A DNA stretch of 63,277 nt, counting the filler, from Globobulimina sp. (taxonomy: Eukaryota), in assembly GCA_003354225.1 (NCBI GenBank). It is 24 parts of 24 records of this genome, joined end to end, with 100 filler letters (N's around TTAATTAATTAA, not from the genome) between each part and the next. Parts side by side here need not be neighbours in the genome. Positions count along the whole stretch, not along the records: positions 10,573 to 13,115 come from PIVH01006094.1; positions 13,216 to 15,757 come from PIVH01006095.1; positions 15,858 to 18,399 come from PIVH01006096.1; positions 18,500 to 21,041 come from PIVH01006097.1; positions 21,142 to 23,682 come from PIVH01006098.1; 19 more parts are not named here. One strand, written 5' to 3'. Numbering within the stretch: the first letter of the stretch is position 1; every line of letters starts with the position of its first letter. Below are positions 11,104 to 22,169 of the stretch, one piece after another. The position numbers and the translations under genes are program-made. The notes below the pieces were generated by a model. It was not told the DNA's origin, ran no database searches, and worked only from the letters and a program-made list of their open reading frames with translations.

Positions 11104-12987
11104 ATGGCACAGGAAATTCTTCATCACTTGCCACATATTGATCATTCTTTTAACAAGGTTTCAAATGAAATTATAATGCCTTCCATTGCAACAGATTTAT
11201 TTGCATGGAAAACAAAGTTAAAATATGTACATCGCCTCTACTGTAATTAATAATTAATAAAAATTAACAGTTCCTATCAACAATCAATACAAATGTTTGC
11301 TTATATTCCAATAACAATCGCTATTTTATATACTCAAATCTGCGCAGTTATAATGCTATCATACTGTTGTTTTGGACGTTGTAAATATATGTTTTCTTAT
11401 GGAAAAGCATCAAATGGAAAGGAAATTGAAAATTATCATAATTTATCGCTTTTATATAATAAGCAACAACATCCAGATCAAAGTATTGAATTAACTGAAT
11501 ATTCGAGATTCACTCGATGTGCATTCTCTTTTCTTGTTTTAATCTCACTTATTTTCGCCATTGTGTATGGAACAGCATTCAACGAGTGATTCTTATGATG
11601 ATTATGAAATAATAATTGACGATGCAACACAAATTACTTCATTATATATACCGGAGGCGCAATTTCAATGTAAATTAATATTAAATACACCAACGGCAGA
11701 ACCTATTTATGCGAATATCACCGCATTAAATAATACATTGAGTGCATCCCAGGCATATATTGATGCGTTTTTAACCACAGCATCGAATGTTCCACCATGG
11801 GATGTGATAAACACACAAATAACACCATACAGAGAATTTGTAATCATATTTCCGGTCATTGCATTGATTGTATTTGGCCTATTAAATATATTGAATTATT
11901 TATGTTTGTCACATGATTATTTGAATAAACAAATATGTTTTTGTTGTTGCTCATTGTCAGTCATATATCTGGGCGCATTTATATTTATTGTGGCCTGCAT
12001 TCAGTTTGCAGTCAGTGTATTGGTGGCAGATGGTTGTAATGAGCCAGATAGCTCAATATGGCAAGCTGTGGAGGTGTACAATGATGATAAAACTACAAAA
12101 GAAGTAATTAAATATTATTTATATTGTATTGATAATGCGACAATAACTAATCCATTATATCCTGGTATCATAAATCAATATTAATGCAAACAGATATTTA
12201 TTTTTCAATTTTAATTTCAACTGAAATCGAAAAATAAGATGTTTGAAATGTACATTGCATAATTTGCATTAATTTATGATACTGCGACTTTACAGAATTC
12301 AATGCGTCATATTATTCATTAACTGCATTAAATCAAAGTATATATACATTGGTCACAACAAATATATCTCGGGAATTGGGGATTGTAATGGAAGCAAATG
12401 CATTGTATTTCGATTATTATGAATCATTGCTATTAATGGATGAAATTAATGATACGGTACAATGCAAAAATATTTATAATTACAAAGAAAATATGATTCA
12501 TGAATTATGTGTGAATGGCTTGGATTTTTGGATTATATATTATTTGTCACAAATTGCGTTCATTGTACTTATAGTGATTAGAAGTTGGTTAATTTGCACA
12601 AAGAAAAGTAAAAATAATAACAATAGTAATAAGGAACAAATGATGCGGAATAAATATGGTGGCACAAATAATGGATCTATGGATGACGGTGAATCCGAAC
12701 GTAAAAATGAAAATATATTTGTAAATATTAAATATGGTGATAGTATAACACGATATAATTTAAATATAAATAAAACTGTATATGATTTGATGGAAATGAT
12801 TGAAAATACAGAAGATTGTGAGACTGCACAACAAAAATTAATGTATAATGGAGATGAATTACTCCCCAATAAGATCATTGGTAATACGATTAAAAATGAA
12901 CAAATAATTGATTTAGTTATTTTAGATGTTACATTAAGTAATGAATATGAATCTGAACAAGATGATGATTTAGATTTGCCTCAATGA
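11104..12987 (+). CDS. Tweety (TTYH)-family membrane protein with a C-terminal ubiquitin-like domain (introns 11217-11270 and 12165-12295; 1-nt frameshift near 11578)
   Basis: LHHLPHID..VSN, SYQQSI, VADGCNEPD, YYLYC..NP and C...LCVNGL match Tweety motifs; Ubl fold TVYDLMEMIE..QQKLMYNGDEL. Confidence 0.8.
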
Positions 12988-13455
12988 CTATTCATGCCTG
13001 ATATGGATCATATTGTACATTTGTAATTGTACTTTACATGGTTAAAATCTTAAATCTGTACATTCTCGTATTGTTTGTAAGCCACATATTTAATTAACGA
13101 TATATTCCACAAGATNNNNNNNNNNNNNNNNNNNNNNNNNNNNNNNNNNNNNNNNNNNNTTAATTAATTAANNNNNNNNNNNNNNNNNNNNNNNNNNNNN
13201 NNNNNNNNNNNNNNNTTTTTCAATAACATTCAAACCCATGCGCCACCTGTATGTGCATGCATGCATCCCCAAACTGTCATCGTCAGTTAGCAGTGGGCAT
13301 AAATCATTGCTACTTTAATTCAAAATGCCCATAATCCGCCCATTCTCCGCCCCATCGAATTTTAATATTCTGCTAACTGCAAATCTAAGCCTTGACATCA
13401 CATTAAACAGTGACCGCACCAACTTTTTGTACATAAACAAGCAACCCTTAATCAG

Positions 13456-15645
13456 TGCATATGATGATGACAACGAATATAATGAGATTCAATCGTTTGA
13501 CTCCTCCGCACGTCGTAGACTAAGATCATGTCATTGGAATCATTGTTGGTGGGGACGTTGCCATAAACATCATTATCACTGTAACCCCACCTCACCGCCC
13601 AAAAACAACGCATATTGGAATAAAAAGTACCAACGGAAAGGAAGATTCATCGCTTTCTTCCCCGGCTATCGTCAATATACTTACGCTCAATGTTCGCATC
13701 ATTGCCGTGTCCATTACGGAGGTCTGGCGTCCATTGCATCGGCAGTAGAACAGCAGGAAGTTGCTGCAGTATGCAAAGATATATTGGAACAACCCACAGC
13801 TTCACCCACACAAAATTATGCCGGCAATTGGCGAGGCTCTGCGTGTTATATTGGCTTGCAACGACCCTTCGCACTGTGGGATGATCAAAAAAAGGTCGAT
13901 AAAGGTATTGAAAATTGGAGCCCAGGTACGCTATATTCAAATTTTCATTGGCTGTCTGTACATATTTGTACACAAAAGGCCAACCGGATAATGCTGGCAA
14001 GAAAGAGAATTGCGGTGAAATATGGCCATTTAAAAACGGTGTCTGGAACGACATAGCATGCGATCGTCGCAAATCATGTATTTGTGAGGATGCCAGAGGT
14101 GTTTTCTCCGGCAAATATATTGCGGTGCAAGCGATGAGAGATTACCATTCCGCGGAACAACATTGCCAGGAAACATATGGTACGACATTGGCGACCATTG
14201 TTAGTGACGAAGAAAATAATCAGGTTTTGGAAGCATGTAAGAAAATTATTATTGTCGGCACAACTGCATCGTGCTGGATTGGGTTACAACGACCGTTTTA
14301 TCGGTGGAACGATGGAAGTGACGCGGAAGAAAAGTATACAAATTGGAAAACAGGAGAGCCAAATAATAAAAACGAAAAATGTTCAGAATTGTATACTATT
14401 CATGAAGGGAAATGGAATGATTTGCCGTGTAGGTTTTATAGGTATTTTGTGTGCAATGCGCTGTCGTCAATTGAGAGGATGGGTTATCATGGCAGGGAGG
14501 AATTGATTGCGAAACGGTTACATAGACACAGAATAAAATGGGAACATTCACAAGCTAGGGTTCATAGGGAAAAACTTAGTAAAATGTTTTTTTCACAAAT
14601 ACGAGAGTTGCGAGCTCAAATGGCTAAAAGTAAGCGAACACATACTAATAAGTATAGGGAGGAGTTAAGGAAACATTTGTTTAATAATTTGTATCCAGGT
14701 GTGCCATATAGTAGCTTTGGTAAAAGTAGTCAAATCATAATGAATAGTGCGAGATTATTTGGTGGCTCACGCTTAGCAAAACAAGCGAAACATAGAAGGG
14801 GAATATTAAAACATAAAAAAGAAAATAAACAGAGTGATATTGCATATTCAAAGGATAAAATACAAAGACGTAAACAGGATATGTATGTAAGGAGAATGGT
14901 TGAGTTTGATGATGAAGTTACATTGTTTGGTAATGATGGCATTGAAAATGATGAAATAATGGACGATGAATATGGTGATACATCGGCGAGGAAGTGTATA
15001 ATGGTAAGTGTTATGAATGAGATGTATGAGATATGTGTTGGTGAAAATTATATTGATATTAAGAGATATATTAAAAAAATAAAAGAGAAAAAAGAAAGAA
15101 TGGTTGACTTTGAAGCTGAGTCTATGGCTGAAAATAATATTATGTCGGATCAAAATTATAGTGTCGAGGTTATGAGTTTTATTGATTTTGAAAACTGGAA
15201 ATATGAAAAGATATTTGCAATGGAACTCGAGTATGGAAATGAAAGTGGTATAAATATAATGAAACATGAAGTAAATAATTATTTGACACATTATGTGAAA
15301 GTGTACCAAAAGATATATGATAATGACAGTAATCATCAAATGCAGTGTTGGAGTGATATTAAACCATTTCATTTATGTATGGAAATAGATAATGATAATA
15401 TGGTTATATCCACAAAGGAATATGATGTATTTAGGGATCCTTTTATAAAATTTGCGTTTAATAATGATAAATATTGGGATGATATTATATATCATTACGG
15501 TATGGATGATAGGCAAATAGCAATGCAAAAATGTAGGAAATTTTATTCAACCAATTCGAAATTGTGTGTTTTGAAAACTGTAGATAATGTTTATAAAATG
15601 ATACTCATTCGACACAGAGATGATGATCCATCATTTTATGATTAG
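13456..15645 (+). CDS. Tandem C-type lectin domain protein (intron 13926-13978; 5' end uncertain)
   Basis: CTLD1 CYIGL..WSPGQPD..ENC..WNDIAC; CTLD2 CWIGL..WKTGEPN..C..WNDLPC. Confidence 0.85.
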
Positions 15646-15857
15646 TTGTTTTGTTTTTTTGTTCTGTATTTGCAAACAATACAAAGTTAAAACAAATCTA
15701 TATAGAAAACTGTTTCTGGATTTGCAAACCGTTTCTAGTATAATTGAAAAAAAATGTNNNNNNNNNNNNNNNNNNNNNNNNNNNNNNNNNNNNNNNNNNN
15801 NTTAATTAATTAANNNNNNNNNNNNNNNNNNNNNNNNNNNNNNNNNNNNNNNNNNNN

Positions 15858-18399
15858 AAAGGAAACAAATATTAAAAGCAATTGGTATTAGGAAAGAGAC
15901 ACAAAATAAAATGAATCAGCTTGAAGGAAACACCAATTATGTATCAATATAATATCTCGCCATGTTATATATAATTGTTATATATAATATTAATTTTATA
16001 TAATAATAGTCATTAATAGAACAGCATACTTCGAAACATCGCGCGTTTTTACAAAATTTACTTAAAGAATGGGTAATGAAACATTAGGTATAGAAAAAGA
16101 GTATGAAGTGGACATAAGTCAGAACAAATCAAACAAGACTATGAATGAAAAACAATTTATTTTAGAGAATGAAAAAAAAGATGTTGATTTTAAAATATTT
16201 GTTGGCATTGATTTTGGTACTGATGGTTGTGGCTTAGTATGTATTTAATACTTTTATATCTATTATGATATACATACACTACAAATATAGGCATATGCTG
16301 TAAAAAAGAATGAATTAAATGTGCCAGATGATACTGCATATATTGAACATGTAGAGATACACACAAATTTTAAGGATGCCCATGGTCCATATGACAAGTC
16401 ACGAACCTCTGTCTTATTTGACGCAAATGACAATGTTCAATCAGTTGGTGGTGAGGCAGCAAACATGTTCGTTGAAATGAAAAATAAAAAAAACTGGAAA
16501 TTATTTGAACGGTTCAAAATGGATTTATCTAAATCACCAGATTTAGAAGACACTATAATACCCACAAACGGCGGTGAACCATTCCCATCAAACGCAATAT
16601 TCATTGCAGAATTAACGCGATTAAAAGAACTCGCATTGGATTATTTAAAACTACATTTTGTTCAAAAAAAAAAGATATTATTCACACCGAGTGAGTCCGA
16701 TATCCAATGGATATTACCAGTATGTACTTAATAGTTAATATGTTTTTATATTGATACTTTGTTTTAGGTGCCCGCCATATGGAGTGATTATGCTAAAAAT
16801 AAAATTGAAACATGGGCAAAAGATGCAAAATTAATCAATGCAAATATTCGCAATCACTTAAAAATTGTTTACGAACCGGACTGCGCTTCATTGGCTGTTC
16901 GCGTACAATGCAACAAATGGAAAACAAATGATATCGATACGGACGACGATGAACCGGATCATAATGGCGACGATGATTATAAATATTTGGAAGAGCTCGA
17001 TGAAGAAATGAAATACACCGCACAGTCATACACACAACATTTGGAAGAAAATATAATTAAATTATCGGACAAGAATGATCCCGGCATACGTTTTAATTGC
17101 GGAGTTGTATATATTTTAGTGGACAGTGGTGGTGGCACTTGTGGTATCTGTTTTTTTTTTGTCATTTATAATATGTATTGTTTTTTACATGCAATTTTGT
17201 ACTTTTTGTCCAGATATAGTCTGCCATGAATGTATTAATTGTATTAATGATAAAGAGATATTACATCCAACCGGAGGGCAATGGGGAAGCATGAATATTG
17301 ATAACCAATTTGTAGCATTATTAATATTGATATTTGGACCCCAAACAATCAACGAATTCAAACAGTGTTTTGCCGGGATGTGGTTACAATTAAAAGATAA
17401 TTTTTGTAACGGTTCAAAAGCAAGTTTTTATAATAATAAGCAAAGAAAAAAAGAGTATCATTATGTTACATTACCTTCGCATTTCGCCAATTTTATAACG
17501 GAGAAATACGACAATGATATTGGTAAAGTTAATGAATTGTTGCGCAATAAATCCGCGCAACTGTTTAACAAAGATAATTATTTGAAATGGGAGCTTATTG
17601 GCTATACTACCACATTGACTGTACATAACAAGATATTTATAGATTTTTTATTTGAGGAAAAGACAGTAACGCCGATTATTAATCATTTAACAGAAATATT
17701 GTACAATAATGCAGAGATGCGAGAGTGTAAATATATGATATTAGTGGGTGGTTTAGCAAACAGTCGATATTATCAACAACGAATATATAATGCGTTTGGT
17801 CGCAAAAATAACAATAAAATAAAGATAAGGGTGGCGAAGAAGGCGCAGGAATGCGTAGGTGAGGGAGCTGCGAGAATGGGTTTAAATTCATCAAATCAAA
17901 CAATATCAAGTATTACCAGCATCAAACTACAATTCAGTGCAGCATTTTTTACACCAACAGATGAAACGTTTATGGATACATTGCAATTACAGACTGACAC
18001 TGCAACAGCTTTGCTTCAAATTTGGTGCCGACAAAATGAATATGATTCTGAGGCAATATTTGCAGATTTGGAGCATGAAAAGAATTCAAATATTCATCTA
18101 TTTTCGAGATCGATCCATAATACATCTGCCACAAAGGAACATTTATATGCATTGAGAAAGCGTATCTGCAGATATTATAAAGAGAAAAAAGATGCGATTG
18201 ATATCGATGTTTACTATAATGCAGAAGCAGGATATCAACGTAAAGGCGTAGGTATTGCCCGTGATAAAAATCATACAAATAATGGATGGGATAAACATTT
18301 AAATGATGGAATTGTATCTACGCTGCAAAATGATGAAAAACAAAAGTTTGAGAAAATGTTCAAATCGTTTGAGACTAATATGGCAGACAAAATCTGTCA
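15858..18399 (+). CDS. HSPA12-like Hsp70-superfamily protein (multi-exon, partial)
   Basis: VGIDFGTDG (intron 16237-16290), WILPVPAIWS, VYEPDCASL, VDSGGGTCD, GGQWGSMNID, LVGGLANS, VGEGAA. Confidence 0.85.
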
Positions 18400-18524
18400 N
18401 NNNNNNNNNNNNNNNNNNNNNNNNNNNNNNNNNNNNNNNNNNNTTAATTAATTAANNNNNNNNNNNNNNNNNNNNNNNNNNNNNNNNNNNNNNNNNNNNC
18501 CTTTTGCCTTCCTGCACTTCCACC

Positions 18525-18566
18525 ATGTCGACCAAAGATGTTATCGGTTTCCAATACAGTGCATAA
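18525..18566 (+). promoter_or_regulatory. Candidate upstream ORF MSTKDVIGFQYSA in the AdoMetDC leader; overlapping second uORF at 18538-18603
   Basis: CCACCATG start context 180 nt upstream of the AdoMetDC ATG; these are the only two ATGs in the leader. Confidence 0.5.
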
Positions 18567-18704
18567 ACTGTATCAAAACTACACCACGCCACAAATCAAC
18601 TAAGATTGCAACAAATTAACCAAAATTGCAACAGCATCTCATCCATTCATAATCTGATAATCATCATCGTCGCGTAATCGCAATTTCAAAAATCATTTAA
18701 AAAC

Positions 18705-19805
18705 ATGGAAAATACTGCAAACGGCGAGAATCCACAGAAATATCCATTTGAAGGATGTGAAAAGCGATTAGTGATTACATTCAAAGGCAATGGAAACTTA
18801 CAAAACGTCCAAAAAACAGAATGGGTTCAAATATTAAAACATGCACAATGTTCGATATTAAATACAATTCAAAATAAACAATGCATCGCACATTTGTTAT
18901 CAGAATCATCTCTATTTATATTTAAACAAAAATTGATGATTAAAACATGTGGAAATACCGCCTTATTAAAGATAATACCAATTTTAATGCAAAATTATCC
19001 ATTAACACATTTACAAATTGATAATGTATTTTATTCCCATTCCAATTTTATGTTTCCGCAAAATCAGCCTCCCATTTATCATAAATTTGAGAATGAAGTC
19101 AAACATTTAAATAATACATTTGATGATCATGACAAAGGGAAAGCCATTTCTTTGGGATGTCCCACTAAGACCGCACGATGGCATTGTTATGAGTATGATG
19201 CCGGCAATCAAGCCAATAACATTCAAGGTAAAACCATAGAGATTGTGTTATTTGATTTAGATCCTGAATGTATGAGATATTTTTTTGAAAAAAATAGTTT
19301 TCCACAATCATTTGTTGATGAATATGTTGTAAATAATTGTCATATCCCAAGTAGTGTCAAAATTGATTCATTTGTGTTTAAACCATGTGGTTATTCATTA
19401 AATGGGATATTAAATGATACATATTTTAGTATACATATTACACCAGAAAATGATGGAAGTTTCATATCATTTGAAACAAATTATGACTATGATGCAGAGG
19501 ATGGAGGATATGCAAATGTTATAAATGATATATTGAAAACATTTAAGCCAAAAAGATTTGGATTTGCTGTAAATAGATATGGTGATGTTGATGATGTTGA
19601 TGCTGGTACAAATTGTTGTAAATATTTGAGATTTAAATTTAATGGTTTTACTTTAATGGATCATGCATCACATAGATTTTCAAGATATCATGATGTTAAA
19701 TGGTTTAATTATGAATATAAATTATATAATAAAACATCATCACATTTTTCAATGTGTTTTATTGTTGTTTGTGTAATTCTATTCATCTGCATTGGGTGTT
19801 CATAA
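18705..19805 (+). CDS. AMD1: S-adenosylmethionine decarboxylase proenzyme (eukaryotic type)
   Basis: FEGCEKRL, LSESSLF autocleavage site, IKTCG, FKPCGYSLN, IHITPE, SFET. Confidence 0.95.
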   Translation: MENTANGENPQKYPFEGCEKRLVITFKGNGNLQNVQKTEWVQILKHAQCSILNTIQNKQCIAHLLSESSLFIFKQKLMIKTCGNTALLKIIPILMQNYPLTHLQIDNVFYSHSNFMFPQNQPPIYHKFENEVKHLNNTFDDHDKGKAISLGCPTKTARWHCYEYDAGNQANNIQGKTIEIVLFDLDPECMRYFFEKNSFPQSFVDEYVVNNCHIPSSVKIDSFVFKPCGYSLNGILNDTYFSIHITPENDGSFISFETNYDYDAEDGGYANVINDILKTFKPKRFGFAVNRYGDVDDVDAGTNCCKYLRFKFNGFTLMDHASHRFSRYHDVKWFNYEYKLYNKTSSHFSMCFIVVCVILFICIGCS

Positions 19806-19986
19806 TACACACAACAACAATATCTGTAATGTAATAATTTTAATACAAAATGATATGACAGCTAATAATAATCTGCCTTTAAAACCAGACATTACTTTTT
19901 TTTCACGAACCACTGTAAAAAAGCAAGGTTTTACATCAAAATCATTGACTTATTTCGAGACTCCAGCTACCATCCTGTCTTGTAAT

Positions 19987-21041
19987 ATGTTATCACGGTT
20001 CAATTTCAAAGCATGGTCGAGACCGTTGCTGTCCTATACTAATACTAACAATATACCAGTCTTAATCTCTCATGCACGACGATCCGCGACTAACATGTTT
20101 TGGTATGATGACACATGAACTTGTCTACGGAATGAAAAACACCCACACATACAACCATACATTCAGCATGCAATGCGAACAAACATCGCATGGAACAGGA
20201 TGCACCGCCACAGGTATTTGTGGTAAATTCCCTGAAACAGCAAATATGCAGGATTTGCTCCTTTATGTAAACCACGGATTGTCGCAATATATCCATAATA
20301 TGGATGAAAATAATTTGGATAAACCTTTACGAGAAAAAGCGAGAGGCCATTTAATGGAATCCGTTTTCTCCACATTGACGAATGTTAATTTCTCTGAAGA
20401 CCGAATGGTACGATATATCAAAAAAACCATCGACATTCGAGAAGAAATTAAACCTAAATTCCGTCTGATTCAGTTATGTCCAATTTTTTATCCTTGCCAA
20501 TTGCTTTGGAAACGAGTCCATATTTGGAAATTCTTCGAAATTTCCAAGATCAGTCCCAAAATTGACAAAAACCGTTCACTCGATGTGCAAGGATAAAATA
20601 TATACATTTCTGTATGATGACAGTCCGCAAAAACAAGAATTCGAAACAATAGAAAACAATCCGTGTAATTACTTTATTAAAGATGATGACACTTTAAATT
20701 CAGACGCAATACGTTTGGCATCGTTACCCGCCACCAAACAAACAATCAGCGATCCCAATTGTTTCGGATTGAGAGAATGCGCAGTCTACGGATTAAAAGG
20801 AATGGTCGCATACTTCCAGCACGCTGAGCATATGCACAAAAACACACAAAATGGTGTATACAGCGAGGAAGAGAGAGACGGTGTTTATAAGACTTTGATG
20901 AAACTGATGAATGATTTCTGTTCGGATAGCAAAGATCTAAATTTCTGGTTAGCTATGAATATGAAAGTTGGCCAAACCAACGTGAAAGTGATGGAATTGC
21001 TCGACAGAGCACATAATGTCTCCTATGGCACACCGGAACCA
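19987..21041 (+). CDS. hcp: Hybrid-cluster protein (hydroxylamine/NO reductase) with an N-terminal transit-like peptide; intron 20103-20166 and a second intron at about 20473-20623; 3' truncated
   Basis: Spliced MFC|MQCEQT..GC..GICGK cubane motif; QDLLLY, FSTLTNVNF, YGLKGMVAY, VMELLDRAH..YGTPEP. Confidence 0.92.
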
Positions 21042-21141
21042 NNNNNNNNNNNNNNNNNNNNNNNNNNNNNNNNNNNNNNNNNNNNTTAATTAATTAANNN
21101 NNNNNNNNNNNNNNNNNNNNNNNNNNNNNNNNNNNNNNNNN

Positions 21142-21181
21142 AGCCGGGAATTCATAGCAAAACAGACCATGGTGCCCACCG
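21142..21181 (+). mobile_element. 3' end of a 5' LTR (..CA) followed by primer-binding site TGGTGCCCACCG (21170-21181)
   Basis: CAGACCA|TGGTGCCC, the usual LTR-end/PBS arrangement, about 1 kb upstream of gag. Confidence 0.55.
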
Positions 21182-21547
21182 AAGCTGAATCAAACACCCC
21201 TCAAGTGTTCAGTTTGTGAAGAAAACACCTGTTTCTGTCAGATTAGTTTATTTTAATTTTGCTTTTCTTTTTTGTTTCTATACCGTGTACCCACCCTACC
21301 ATCTAGGTGGACACACAGTGACACTTAAGATCTGTCGATTTTAAATACCAAACTTCCCCTTTCTATAATCACTGAGTGTCGTTTTGACAATAAACTTCAA
21401 TATGAGTGAATTTGATGGTTTGTATCAAAGTACACTTTGAATTGCAGAAACTAAACTGTCTGTACTGTCAATTGTGCCTACTTCTGTGCAAATTGAATTC
21501 ACGGTCCGGTTGTAGTAAATTGCGGTCCTTGAATTTATTCGATTTTG

Positions 21548-21605
21548 AATTCACGGTCCCTGAAATTTACAATTCACGGTCCCTGAAATTTACAATTTAC
21601 GGTCC
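21548..21605 (+). repeat. 23-bp tandem repeat AATTCACGGTCCCTGAAATTTAC x2.5 (degenerate copies at about 21496-21540)
   Basis: Seen directly in the retroelement leader. Confidence 0.9.
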
Positions 21606-22169
21606 AAAAATTTTTTCTGCTGTATTAATTCATTTTTTATTGCAGAATTTATTAAGGGTGTTCAAACAACTCTTTACAGCTGAAATCGGTCAAACAAATT
21701 TTGGTTCAAAGTCATTCAATCTGTGCACTGAATCAACTTTTGCTGTTGGAGTCAGATCATTGGTATCATTAGCTTTTGCACAGGTAAAACCTTTTGATAT
21801 TCACATTCATATTGTGCAATACTGTACTGTAGTGCTAACTGAGTTCTACAATATTTGCATTCATTTCTGTTCTGTAGTATTAAAAGGGTACTACAGAATT
21901 TGCATATTGCAGTGTATTCAATCTAGTTTATGCTGCATTTTGCCTGCCTGCATTCTGCCTGCCATAGGAATCGCACTAATTCTGCAATTTTGTGATTCTC
22001 TTTCTGTGATATTTTGTGTGATTCTTTTATTGCATAAATTTTATATTCTGCGTACAACTGTATTTGTCCTCATCTGTCGATTTTTTCAAATTTCAAGAAA
22101 AATTCGATTTTCCGATTCCTCGATTTTACTCTTCATTGGTAATTTTCGAATCGATTTTTTGCATTCATC

